DNA of 64,000 nt from Parcubacteria bacterium C7867-001 (lineage in GTDB: Bacteria; Patescibacteriota; Minisyncoccia; Phycocordibacterales; Phycocordibacteraceae). The DNA is taken from the NCBI GenBank assembly GCA_001189095.1, contig LFCK01000001.1, forward strand, positions 317,159-381,158, given 5' to 3'. Position numbers and translations under genes: made by a program. The notes beneath the pieces are model-generated. The model did no database searches. It was not told the DNA's origin and worked only from the letters and a program-made list of their open reading frames with translations. Of the stretch, positions 37,520 through 46,952 are shown piece after piece (the stretch's first letter is position 1; the number at the start of each line of letters is the position of its first letter).

Positions 37520-38122
37520 ATGGCTGACCGGATAGACGAACTCGCAGCCGCGCTCTCTCGCTTCCCCGGCATCGGACCGAGGCAAGCAAAACGTTTCGTG
37601 TATTACATACTCTCCACCCAGCAAGCCGAACGCACAAAACTGGCAGACCTTATCCGCTCGATCGCATCAGAAATAAAACAGTGCCCTGAATGCATGCGCT
37701 TCGCGAACTTCTCCGGACCTTCTTGTTTGTACTGCACAGACACTTCCCGCGATGACGCTCTTCTCATGCTCGTCGAGAAGGATCAGGATCTAGCTTCGGT
37801 CGAACGAGCGGGAACCTATAAGGGTCGCTACTTCGTGCTCGGCGGCGTGCTCACGCTCTCAGGGAAAGGTGCAATACGCGAACGCGAACTCACGCGCGCC
37901 GTAGGCGCGCGCCAGAAGAAAGGCCTCAAGGAAATCGTGCTCGCGCTTTCCGCAACCAGCGAAGGCGAGACCACCACGGACCGTATAAAAGAATTACTCC
38001 TCCCCTATCGCGACTCACTCAAAGTCTCCGAGCTTGGCCGCGGACTCTCGACCGGCTCTGAACTCGAATACGCAGACGCAGAAACATTGCGCAGTGCACT
38101 CCAAAACCGCCACGAGACATAA
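37520..38122 (+). CDS. recR: Recombination mediator RecR
   Basis: PGIGPRQAKR, C4 zinc finger, Toprim. Confidence 0.93.
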   Translation: MADRIDELAAALSRFPGIGPRQAKRFVYYILSTQQAERTKLADLIRSIASEIKQCPECMRFANFSGPSCLYCTDTSRDDALLMLVEKDQDLASVERAGTYKGRYFVLGGVLTLSGKGAIRERELTRAVGARQKKGLKEIVLALSATSEGETTTDRIKELLLPYRDSLKVSELGRGLSTGSELEYADAETLRSALQNRHET

Positions 38123-38161
38123 CGAAACCGCCTCGGGAACCGAGGCGGTTAAATTTGAATA

Positions 38162-38590
38162 TTACGCAACACGACTTTCGTGCATACAGGTGCCAGTAGC
38201 ACACGCGATGAGTTCCTGCTGAGCTTTCGTAAGCTCGCTGAGGCCGTCCGCCACATGCCAATTGGAAACAACGGCGAGCGTCGTCATTTCCCGAAAGTCG
38301 GCTTCCGCGTCGAGGTGATAGAAATCACTGCCATCGGCGGCCCACGTGAGCGTGCGCCCAACGATGGAGAAACGACGATGGAATTCGACCGTTTGCAGAA
38401 GTTCGCCGATGCGAAGCGTGTCCCCCGATGCTGGAATGCTAGTCCGATCGAAGATCGGCGATTCGAGCTTGAGATATTTCTTCCCGTTGATCTGATACCT
38501 CTTCGCAAGACGCACGGTAATCTGGACTTTAGTCACGAGAACCTCCTTTGTTCTGCTGTCAACGATAGTCTTCCTCTCGTCGAAAGTCAA
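38162..38590 (-). CDS. Hypothetical protein
   Basis: 142-aa ORF between hairpins. Confidence 0.45.
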   Translation of the reverse strand: MTFDERKTIVDSRTKEVLVTKVQITVRLAKRYQINGKKYLKLESPIFDRTSIPASGDTLRIGELLQTVEFHRRFSIVGRTLTWAADGSDFYHLDAEADFREMTTLAVVSNWHVADGLSELTKAQQELIACATGTCMHESRVA

Positions 38591-38620
38591 AACCGCTCGG
38601 CGTAGCCGAGCGGTTCACTT

Positions 38621-38956
38621 CTATCGCGAAGCGCGTTTCTTCTGCGCGGAATCCGCTTGGAGCTGATCCGCAACAACCTTCTCCCGACCCTCGAGGAAGG
38701 TCCAGCCCTTCTCCTCAAGAACCAGCAATACCGCCGAAAACGGCGTTGCGAGCGATACTTCGCGGCTCTGAGGAGAGCCGTCGAGTGGCACGCTCGTATG
38801 CGTATGCTTCACCTGCACACTGACCCAGTTTGTGAAGAAGTTAACATAGTCACCCGGAGGAAACGCCGCATCGACGTCCATCTCGGGGCTCCGTATTACC
38901 GCGGACGACATGATGCTGTCCCGCGGATGGTAGAGCAGTCTGAACGTGGTCTTCAT
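38621..38956 (-). CDS. Hypothetical protein
   Basis: MKTTF start after GGGAG; TTGACG upstream. Confidence 0.55.
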   Translation of the reverse strand: MKTTFRLLYHPRDSIMSSAVIRSPEMDVDAAFPPGDYVNFFTNWVSVQVKHTHTSVPLDGSPQSREVSLATPFSAVLLVLEEKGWTFLEGREKVVADQLQADSAQKKRASR

Positions 38957-39048
38957 TGGTAGACTCCCTTCGTTTGTCTGCTGCGAACAATACGGGAAAC
39001 GCCCACTAACGTCAAAACCCGCCGGAGGGCGGGTTTTGCGCGGTTTGA

Positions 39049-39366
39049 TCATCCGATTGAGGAGATTTTCACTTTCATCTCCGGCTGCTTGTGGCCGCGA
39101 CGCTTCAAGTAGCGGCTCTTGGCCTTGTACTTCACGACGTCTATTTTCTTCGCACGACCAATAGCTTCGATGGTCGCTTCGACCTTCGCTCCCTTAACGG
39201 TCGGAGTGCCGATGTTTGCGGTCGAGCCGTCGTCGGTCATGAGGACCTCCGAGAAGGTTACCGCGTCGCCCTTTTTGAGATCGCCCGGAAGCTTTTCAAT
39301 CGTAATAACGTCGCCCTTCGCAACGACAAACTGCTTGCCTCCGGTCTTGATTACGGCCAATTCCAT
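39049..39366 (-). CDS. rplU: 50S ribosomal protein L21
   Basis: AVIKTGGKQF, KRRGHKQ. Confidence 0.96.
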   Translation of the reverse strand: MELAVIKTGGKQFVVAKGDVITIEKLPGDLKKGDAVTFSEVLMTDDGSTANIGTPTVKGAKVEATIEAIGRAKKIDVVKYKAKSRYLKRRGHKQPEMKVKISSIG

Positions 39367-39496
39367 ATCGGGGTACTTTACCGGAAAAGGCCTATTTTAG
39401 CAATACAGAGCGTTTCCCCTCCGTAAGGCTGATATTGACTTAGGACTATAAATGTGATATTATGTATATTGTCTCTCGCAACGAAAAGGAGGAGAC

Positions 39497-39916
39497 ATGC
39501 GTACAAAGAAAGACTTGAGTGCTTCCGTGAGGGAGTTCCTCCGGGTTTCGAGGGTACTGGACGCAGCGTTCGCAGAAGCGAACGAAGCGTATCTGGTCTT
39601 CGGCGTCGACCTCTACGAAACGGGGTACGTGCCGGAACGTCCGACAGCGAAACCTCAACGTCGTATCGCTCGTACGGCCCCACCGAAGAAGCGCGGGCGC
39701 CCGCCCAAGCAGACGTCGGAAGGCCGCGAGGAGTTCAAGGAGCTGAAGCTTCAGCACCGTTCCGTGAACGCTCTCCATGCCGCTGGCTACAGCAGCTACG
39801 AGAAGCTTAACGGCGTGTCGAAGAAGAAGCTCGGCGAAGTCCGCTGGCTTGGCGCTAACGCGATCCCGAGGATCGTGAAGGTGCTCGCGAAGCGAGGTAT
39901 GGCGCTTAAGGACTAG
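39497..39916 (+). CDS. Stand-alone RNA polymerase alpha-CTD-like (HhH) domain protein
   Basis: ELKLQHRSVNALHAAGY...LGEVRWLGANAIPRIVKVLAKRGMAL. Confidence 0.7.
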   Translation: MRTKKDLSASVREFLRVSRVLDAAFAEANEAYLVFGVDLYETGYVPERPTAKPQRRIARTAPPKKRGRPPKQTSEGREEFKELKLQHRSVNALHAAGYSSYEKLNGVSKKKLGEVRWLGANAIPRIVKVLAKRGMALKD

Positions 39917-40015
39917 CTGTCCGAGCCCAAACGCATAACGGCGGCCGCCCATATTCGGGCGGCCGCTTCCTCTTTTATACGAAAAGAGCCGGCGCATAGC
40001 GCCGGCTCTTGCTCA

Positions 40016-40186
40016 TCAGATAATATCGAACTTCGCGAGCATCTGCATCACTGCAAATACTCCGAACAAGACGCCAATCGAAGAGAACAAGATCTTATTT
40101 CCTTTCGTAGGGGTCATGAACGCAAAGGCAATCATCATCACGCAGACGATGATGTCCATCACCAAGAATACTGGACTGAAAACCAC
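40016..40186 (-). CDS. Small membrane protein, hypothetical
   Basis: GTG start after AAGGAG, two TMs. Confidence 0.5.
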   Translation of the reverse strand: MVFSPVFLVMDIIVCVMMIAFAFMTPTKGNKILFSSIGVLFGVFAVMQMLAKFDII

Positions 40187-40200
40187 TTTTAGTTCTCCTT

Positions 40201-40677
40201 CTACCATTCGCTGCGCGGAACGAGCTTCGCCACCACCCTCGGTGCCGACTTCCATGGCGGAAGCACGAGATCGAGGATTTGGACAATGAGCGGAGCAGCG
40301 ATTACTGCAAACATAATCATGTTGTCCGGATTCTTCTGTCCGGCATACGGACTGCTTTCGCCACCGATCGAAATAGAGAGCAGCGAAGTTGCGATCATCA
40401 CGATCATGCCGGCGAGCGGCACGAGCGCCGTACGTCGACTCGGTTGTCCACGGAAGCCCAGACTGACTGCGTGCGCAACGCTCCCAAGCATCCATGCAAG
40501 CATGCCGAGGATATAGATGAATCCGAGGAGTAGTACCCATCCGCCTTGAACGGATTCGGTGCCATCCCCAACTCTGGGCATCGTGTCCGTTCCGAATCGA
40601 ACGCCGAACGCCGAAATGAAATAGACGAGCCAGATCACGCCGACCGAAAGCCCGAGCATCTTTCGAGTAAAAGACAT
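40201..40677 (-). CDS. Membrane protein, hypothetical
   Basis: GGAGG SD, four TMs. Confidence 0.6.
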   Translation of the reverse strand: MSFTRKMLGLSVGVIWLVYFISAFGVRFGTDTMPRVGDGTESVQGGWVLLLGFIYILGMLAWMLGSVAHAVSLGFRGQPSRRTALVPLAGMIVMIATSLLSISIGGESSPYAGQKNPDNMIMFAVIAAPLIVQILDLVLPPWKSAPRVVAKLVPRSEW

Positions 40678-40745
40678 AGTCCTCCCTCCGTTACTCCAAG
40701 CAACCGCGCTTGGATTCTGAAGCTCGTTATACCACCCGTAGGAGA

Positions 40746-41795
40746 TTAATCAATTTCCGCCTGCGGCTTTTCGAGCGCAAGTGCCTCCACGCCGACTTTT
40801 TCACCCGCAATGCGGTACACGTCCTTGTCGATCTTGGCCAACTCCCTATGTCCGGAGTTGAAATGAGACACGACCGTCGAGAGCGAATTGCCGAGCTTTT
40901 CGTAGAACTGATTCAGAGAATCAATATGCTTCGTGAGCTCGCCCACACGCTTTTGTATTTCAACTGCCTTCTCCTCAATCTGAAGGGCTTTCAGTCCCTG
41001 AAGAACGGTCTGCAGATACGCGAGGAACGAGGTTGGCGAGACGATAATGACTTTGTATTTGCTTGCGGCGCGCTGGATGAGGTTTTCCTCCTCCCCTGCT
41101 CCAACCTGATTCACAAGGAGATCGTAATAAATTCCTTCCGACGGAATGAACATAAAGGCGAAGTCCATTGTGTCTTCGTTCGGACGGATGTATTTTGCCG
41201 TTTCGGTGATGCGAAGCTTTAGATCGTTCACGAAGGCTTTCTCGAGCGCTGGCTTCTCGGCTTCAGGCGCGTTGATGAGGCGATTATAGTTTTCGAGCGA
41301 AAACTTCGAGTCGACCGGAACTATTTTCTTATCAATACGCACGATAGCGTCCACGATTTCCCCGTTCGTAAACGGATACTGCATTTCATACATGCCGGGC
41401 GGAAGCACGTTCTTCAAAACCGTTTCGAGATAGTATTCACCGAGCACGCCGCGCTGCTTCGGATTCTTGAGAATGTCCTGCAAGGACTGCATCTGCTCGG
41501 AGAACTTCACATTTTGACGACCGATTTCCTTCACCGAGGTGAGCTCCTCGGTAATTTCCTTAATGAGTCGGGAAGACTCGCCGAGCTGGGTACGCATAGT
41601 CTCATTCGCCTGCTTCGCCGATTCGCTCATGCGGGAATCGAGATTCCGTTCGAGCCCTTCGAGCCGCTGCATAAGAAGCGCGCTCCCCGCAGTGTCATCC
41701 ATGCCCTTTTTCGTGCGGCCAAAGATGAAATACAGGCCAATGCCCTGCACAAAGAGCAAAACGATGATGACAATTCCGATGGTGAGGACGTCCAT
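40746..41795 (-). CDS. rmuC: DNA recombination protein RmuC
   Basis: NPKQRGVLGE, VDSKFSL, FAFMFIPSEG, VSPTS. Confidence 0.93.
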   Translation of the reverse strand: MDVLTIGIVIIVLLFVQGIGLYFIFGRTKKGMDDTAGSALLMQRLEGLERNLDSRMSESAKQANETMRTQLGESSRLIKEITEELTSVKEIGRQNVKFSEQMQSLQDILKNPKQRGVLGEYYLETVLKNVLPPGMYEMQYPFTNGEIVDAIVRIDKKIVPVDSKFSLENYNRLINAPEAEKPALEKAFVNDLKLRITETAKYIRPNEDTMDFAFMFIPSEGIYYDLLVNQVGAGEEENLIQRAASKYKVIIVSPTSFLAYLQTVLQGLKALQIEEKAVEIQKRVGELTKHIDSLNQFYEKLGNSLSTVVSHFNSGHRELAKIDKDVYRIAGEKVGVEALALEKPQAEID

Positions 41796-41817
41796 TTGCC
41801 TATAGTATACTTTCGCT

Positions 41818-42270
41818 ATGACGATTCACGAAACGATAAAAGCGGGCATTAAGGAGGCCCTCATGGCGAAAGACGAGGTGCGCTTGCGTACGATTCGCTC
41901 GCTCGCGACCGCAATGACCAACGAAGTGGTAGCTAAGAAACGAAAGCCGGACGAATTCCTCACGGATGAGGAAGCACTCGCCGTACTCAAACGCGCAAGC
42001 AACCAGCGCAAGGACTCCATAGAACAGTTCGAGAAAGCTGGACGCAATGAGCTTGCCGAGCCCGAGAAAGCGGAGCTTGCCATCATCGAGTCGTTCCTTC
42101 CCGCACAGATGTCTGCGGAAGAAGTCGCAGCCGTCGTGAAGGCGAAAGCCGCGGAAATGGGTGCCGATAAATCAAAAGCAGGAATGCTCATGGGCGCTGT
42201 GATGAAGGACCTCAAGGGCGCGGCGGACGGCGGCACCGTGAAAGCTGCCGTCGACGCGCTGTTTGCATGA
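41818..42270 (+). CDS. GatB/YqeY domain protein
   Basis: QRKDSIEQFEKAGR, FLPAQMS, GAADG. Confidence 0.92.
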   Translation: MTIHETIKAGIKEALMAKDEVRLRTIRSLATAMTNEVVAKKRKPDEFLTDEEALAVLKRASNQRKDSIEQFEKAGRNELAEPEKAELAIIESFLPAQMSAEEVAAVVKAKAAEMGADKSKAGMLMGAVMKDLKGAADGGTVKAAVDALFA

Positions 42271-42536
42271 ACGAACGACAGCTTTCTCCCGCGGAAATAG
42301 CTGCCCGTACCGAAACGCGAGATCGCGAACTCCTAAAAGATATACAAGTCCTCCCGAACGCTTCTCTGACGGAAGTGGACGTGATGATACGCGGCACCCG
42401 AATTACGTACAGCCGCAGTACGAACGGAATCCCGCAATATGAGTGGAGCTCGAGCACTCACCTGACCTCTGAAGAAAAACGTCTTGGTTTGCGCGCCGCA
42501 ACAGACTTTTTTACGACACATCAACAGGCGGCCTAG
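42267..42536 (+). CDS. Hypothetical protein
   Basis: ATGA overlap with the YqeY stop. Confidence 0.5.
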   Translation: MNERQLSPAEIAARTETRDRELLKDIQVLPNASLTEVDVMIRGTRITYSRSTNGIPQYEWSSSTHLTSEEKRLGLRAATDFFTTHQQAA

Positions 42537-42596
42537 TAGATTGCAGCTCCACTAAGATACTGATACTGTGCGCTCAGAACTTAGAAAGGAGTCCAC

Positions 42597-42863
42597 ATGA
42601 CTTCCCGTTCTTGGACGATCAAGAATATTTCTGAAGGCGAATACCGTGTTTCTAACGGAACGACGTCATACTTCTTCCTCGTTTCTGCAGCAATCATCAA
42701 CTGTGATCCGATTCCGCTTCCAGCGAAAACCACCCGTAACGGCAAACCATTGCGCGAAACCGCGCTCGACGCGTCCGAACGTGGACGCGCCTCGGACTTC
42801 CTGAAGCGGGAGCTCCGTATTCGCGGTGTGATTCCCTCAACATACAAAAAGGTCGCTCCATGA
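42597..42863 (+). CDS. Hypothetical protein
   Basis: AAGGAG SD, terminator hairpin overlapping stop. Confidence 0.55.
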   Translation: MTSRSWTIKNISEGEYRVSNGTTSYFFLVSAAIINCDPIPLPAKTTRNGKPLRETALDASERGRASDFLKRELRIRGVIPSTYKKVAP

Positions 42864-42917
42864 GGGGCGACCTTTTCTCTTTTCGTTATCTTCTCCATCT
42901 GTTATAACTGGTGCTAC

Positions 42918-42989
42918 GGCTCCATCGTCTAACGGTTAGGACGCTAGCCTCTCACGCTGGAAATCGGGGTTCGATTCCCCGTGGAGTCA
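42918..42989 (+). tRNA. tRNA-Glu (CTC)
   Basis: Acceptor GGCTCCA/TGGAGTC, anticodon arm CTAGC-CTCTCAC-GCTGG, T-arm CGGGG-TTCGATT-CCCCG. Confidence 0.93.
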
Positions 42990-43148
42990 CAACTGCGAAA
43001 CCGCCCATACGGGCGGTTTCGCGTTGTGACTCCAAGCACTATTCGGGGAATAGTGCGACGGGGAATCGAAAGTCGGAGCGCGTCGGCGCGAGGCGGGGTC
43101 GCGGAACTTTTCAACAGAAAAGTATCCGTGACCGATGCGTGCCGCATT
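42990..43148 (+). repeat. Structured tRNA-Glu 3' trailer element
   Basis: 43023-43034 antisense to acceptor 3' strand; 43058-43070 antisense to T-arm; four hairpins. Confidence 0.7.
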
Positions 43149-43237
43149 CTTATGCGGACACTTCCCCAAAATCTATCCCCCCTGTTCCTAAAAAAAGCGC
43201 GCCCGGTTGGGCGCGCAAGGCAATCAGTTCGTCGACG

Positions 43238-43534
43238 CTACTTAGCAGCGACTCGCAGCTCTTTAGGCTCGACGATCTGAACGTCGTTGAGGAATTCAGG
43301 CGCGTTGTCGAACGGTTTGGGCGAGACGCGAATCTCGCATTCCGTGAGCAACTTGCCCGAAACGATATCGACAAACGACCCGATCGGGACGTTCTTCGCT
43401 TCACCGCCGCGAGGCGGGCGAATGGACAGAGAGGAGACGTCACCGTGGTGCTGGTTGATACCAACCACCGAGACATGCATCCCATTCCGCTTCACTTGAG
43501 CGGTCTTCTTCCCATTCACATACAAGGTAGGCAT
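43238..43534 (-). CDS. Hypothetical protein
   Basis: MPTLYVNGKK start after purine-rich SD-like run. Confidence 0.5.
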   Translation of the reverse strand: MPTLYVNGKKTAQVKRNGMHVSVVGINQHHGDVSSLSIRPPRGGEAKNVPIGSFVDIVSGKLLTECEIRVSPKPFDNAPEFLNDVQIVEPKELRVAAK

Positions 43535-43638
43535 CCTTGTTTCCCCTTTTTCCTGAGTGTACGTATTCCCAGATTGATTTCTTGGGAATCCTGATAGCCT
43601 ACAAAAAAATATCCCGCACTTCAAGGGTGCGGGGTGCA

Positions 43639-44928
43639 CTACTTCTTCAGGAGCCACTCCTTGTCCTGACGGACGAGCTTGGCGCGGTCTTCCGGATTCT
43701 TGAGGAGAGATTCAACGATGCGCTCCATGCGAATGGCCTGCGAACCTTTGACGAGCACCGCATCTTTTGGCTCAAGGAGTTTGGGGAGTTCACGCACGGC
43801 GTCCTCAGAGGTATCGAAAGCATGAACGACTGTTTCGGGCATGCCGTGCGCTCGAGCTGCGCTCGCTATCGCATGAGCACGAATGCCAACTGCGATAAGC
43901 GCATCGACTGACTGTGCGGCGAGCTTTCCAATGCGTTCATGCTCTTCAACCGAATAGCGTCCGAGCTCGAGCATGTCGCCCAAGATAGCGACGTGCCGCC
44001 CGCAATCAGTAACCAACGCGAGCGCAGCAAGACTTTCCTCGACAGCTGCCGGACTCGCATTATACGAATCATCGATAAGCAGCACGCCATTCGCTCCGGA
44101 GAAGAGTCTTCCACGACCGGGCGGCGGCGTATACGCCCCGAGACCAGCGAGAGCCTCTTTCGCATCCATTCCAAGCGACACCGCAAGTGCGAGCGCTGCG
44201 GCAGGTGCATAGAGCTGCGAGCGGCCGAGCGCGCCACGCTCCACGAGCGCATGATGCGCCCCGCTTACGGCTACCCGCGCTTTCATACCCATCGTATTCC
44301 CTGCTTCGATGAGAAGTTCAGGATCCGTGATACGTACCTGCGCTTTTGTGTCGTAGCCAAAACTAATGCGGCGTACCGGAAGTCGCGCAGCCATCTCGGC
44401 AGCGTAGCCATCATCCGCAGAAAAGACGAGTGGTGCGTCTTGAGGAAGCGCGTACGCTGGAGCGAACTCCTCGTCGCGCACGGCCTGTGGCGTTGCATAC
44501 GCCTCCACGTGCACCGGCACATGCGGCAGATGAGTAACAACCACGGCGTCAGGTGTCACGATACGCAATATTTTCTTCAAGTCCCCCGGTCGATCAGCTC
44601 CCACCTCAAGCACCAACACCTTCGGATAGTGACTGGGGAGGAAGATGAGCGCGAGCGCCTCTTCGATAACGCGGATCCACGCAAGCGGATTACTCCATGG
44701 ATTCTTGGCACCAATGATAGTGAGCGGAACGCCAAATTCGCTGTTATAGCTCTTCTCGCTCGCACGCAGGAAATAGGAGTCTGCCAGCGCTGCAGCAACC
44801 GCATCCTTGGTTGAGGTCTTCCCCACACTTCCGGTCACCATCACGATGAGCGGACGGTATTTCCTCACAATGCTTGAGGCGAGGAAGCCGAGGAACGAAG
44901 CTGCGATGGTTTTGAGGATGGTTTTCAT
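43639..44928 (-). CDS. murF: UDP-MurNAc-tripeptide--D-Ala-D-Ala ligase
   Basis: TGSVGKTSTK, DDSYNASP, LGDMLELG, VKGS. Confidence 0.93.
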   Translation of the reverse strand: MKTILKTIAASFLGFLASSIVRKYRPLIVMVTGSVGKTSTKDAVAAALADSYFLRASEKSYNSEFGVPLTIIGAKNPWSNPLAWIRVIEEALALIFLPSHYPKVLVLEVGADRPGDLKKILRIVTPDAVVVTHLPHVPVHVEAYATPQAVRDEEFAPAYALPQDAPLVFSADDGYAAEMAARLPVRRISFGYDTKAQVRITDPELLIEAGNTMGMKARVAVSGAHHALVERGALGRSQLYAPAAALALAVSLGMDAKEALAGLGAYTPPPGRGRLFSGANGVLLIDDSYNASPAAVEESLAALALVTDCGRHVAILGDMLELGRYSVEEHERIGKLAAQSVDALIAVGIRAHAIASAARAHGMPETVVHAFDTSEDAVRELPKLLEPKDAVLVKGSQAIRMERIVESLLKNPEDRAKLVRQDKEWLLKK

Positions 44929-46664
44929 GATGCAGTTTCCTTAAGCGAGGCCCTATCGGGCGGAATCGAGTAATAATTAATCAAAAAGTGCGTTATGTCC
45001 ATAAATGGGTGCGTAAGCGTCTCCGAGGCGTACTGCACCCCCTGCGGATAGCGAGTGTAGAGCAGAATGATGTAGCGCGGGGAATGCGCAGGGAAATAAC
45101 CGAAAAAGGAGTGGAGATAGAGCGAATCGTAGTAGCCGCCTCCCGGCGCTGCGACTTGCGCAGTTCCGGTCTTTGCCGCCACCGTCATCTCAGGAATCTT
45201 TAAGGAACCGTTTGCGAGCTTCGTATCCACGACCCGCACAAGCATCGTGCTCACCGACGCAACCGTCTCAGGCCTATAGACCTGTACTGGTGCAGGATAG
45301 GTAAGTTCTTTCGTTACGCCGCTTTCAAGCCGCACGGCTTTCACGATATGCGGCGTGACGATCGCACCCTGATTCGCAAGACTGCCGAGTGCGCGAATCA
45401 TTTCAAACGGCGTCTCTGCGATACCCTGCCCGAAGGACGCCGTGTCGTACTCGACATCGCGCGGACTGGTCATGATGTTTCTGATATCGCCCGAGATTTC
45501 GCTCGGCAGGTCGACATTCGTCTGCGTGCCGAATCCAAGCTTCTGGATGTAGGCACGAAAACCTTCGTGCCCGATGCGCGTCGCGACGAATGACGCTCCC
45601 ACGTTCAAGGACTGCGAAAGAATTTCCTGCACCTGCGTGTTCGGTCCGCGCGCCTTGAGGTCGTAGTTACAAATCTTTTTTTTGTTCACCGTTATACAGC
45701 CCGTGTCGTTATATACCGACGACGAGGTGATGGCGCCAGAATCGATGCCAGACGCGACCGTGAGCGGCTTCATGATGGAACCGAATTCATAGCGCTTCTC
45801 AACGAGCGGGTTCCCGAAGTGCTCTGGATTCCCATTCTTGAAATCATTGGGATCAAATGATGGATACGTATCGAGTGCAATCACCTCGCCCGTCGCAGGA
45901 TCCATGATGATCCCGCCCGTCTCCGCACTACCGTACTGGTCGTTAATATTCTTCAGAACCTGCACGAGCTTGTCTTGCACCACTGGATCGATTGAAGTTA
46001 TGAGATCGCCTTCGTGCGCGCGGCGACCGTCGGCGACCACACTCCCCACATTCGCGAAGAGTTCCGCGAAGAAATTGCCGAAGAGCCCTTCGCTTCCACG
46101 AGCAAGCACATCTTCATATTTCCGCTCAAGTCCGTAACGACCCGTAATCGTGTTGTGCTCGTCGTAACCAACGAAACCAAGCGTCTGCGCAGCGGACGTT
46201 CCTGCCGGATAGAAGCGCCAACGCTGCCTATCGAGCATCACGCCATCTATTTCAAGAGCATCAATCGCTTTCCCCTTCTCTTCGGGAATCTGCTTCAGTA
46301 TTACCTCGTACGGGTCATCCTGCTTCTGCGCAGATTTCATAAACGCGTCGCGATCGATGGGAAGGATAGCATTTATCGCGGAATACGCGCCTTCGGCGTC
46401 CTTAAGGTGCTCAGGGTTTATAGAAAGGGTGAATCCAGTGAGGAGGCTTGCTGCTGATATAAGCGTGCCATCCTTTTTACTGAAATAGATCGTGCCGCGG
46501 TCATAGATCTCCTGACTCGCGCTTTCGTACTGATGCTCGGCCTTGCGCGCGTAGTCGGCGCCATGCACCACCTGCACGAAATACAGGCGAACGATGAGGA
46601 AGAGCGCGAACAGAGCGACGAGTCCGGCGAGCACGCGCAGCCGCATCCGGAAAGCGCGTCGCAT
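44925..46664 (-). CDS. ftsI: Class B penicillin-binding protein (division, FtsI)
   Basis: GSIMK, SLN, KTGTAQ; position in mraZ-rsmH-ftsL cluster. Confidence 0.88.
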   Translation of the reverse strand: MRRAFRMRLRVLAGLVALFALFLIVRLYFVQVVHGADYARKAEHQYESASQEIYDRGTIYFSKKDGTLISAASLLTGFTLSINPEHLKDAEGAYSAINAILPIDRDAFMKSAQKQDDPYEVILKQIPEEKGKAIDALEIDGVMLDRQRWRFYPAGTSAAQTLGFVGYDEHNTITGRYGLERKYEDVLARGSEGLFGNFFAELFANVGSVVADGRRAHEGDLITSIDPVVQDKLVQVLKNINDQYGSAETGGIIMDPATGEVIALDTYPSFDPNDFKNGNPEHFGNPLVEKRYEFGSIMKPLTVASGIDSGAITSSSVYNDTGCITVNKKKICNYDLKARGPNTQVQEILSQSLNVGASFVATRIGHEGFRAYIQKLGFGTQTNVDLPSEISGDIRNIMTSPRDVEYDTASFGQGIAETPFEMIRALGSLANQGAIVTPHIVKAVRLESGVTKELTYPAPVQVYRPETVASVSTMLVRVVDTKLANGSLKIPEMTVAAKTGTAQVAAPGGGYYDSLYLHSFFGYFPAHSPRYIILLYTRYPQGVQYASETLTHPFMDITHFLINYYSIPPDRASLKETAS

Positions 46665-46667
46665 AGC

Positions 46668-46952
46668 CTAGTTACCCGCGCGAGAGATGGCGCCGCGCGG
46701 CACTGCAGCGACATATTCGACACGATCAGGTGCAACGAGTCCGAACGCCGCTGGGTTTTCGCTGTTGATGCGAGCGATAGCGTCGTAGTACTCGGACTCA
46801 AGCGCCGTTATCGCGCTTTCCGTGTCATGGAGCGCAAGGCGGAGTTTCGTTTCGATACTGACAAAATATACCGTTGTCCCAACGAGGAAGAGGTAGAGCA
46901 TCAAAAGGCTCGCCGCGGTAATGGAAAGGAATGGAATGGTTCGACTAGGCAT
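46668..46952 (-). CDS. FtsL-like cell division protein
   Basis: TM plus coiled coil, between rsmH and ftsI. Confidence 0.6.
   Translation of the reverse strand: MPSRTIPFLSITAASLLMLYLFLVGTTVYFVSIETKLRLALHDTESAITALESEYYDAIARINSENPAAFGLVAPDRVEYVAAVPRGAISRAGN

Noticed and set aside
39441-39470. dif-like site (TTATGTATATT) near the switch from mostly plus to mostly minus core genes
   Set aside because: Arm spacing and XerC arm do not fit; better explained as the promoter of the 39497 gene. Strand bias is also not clean.
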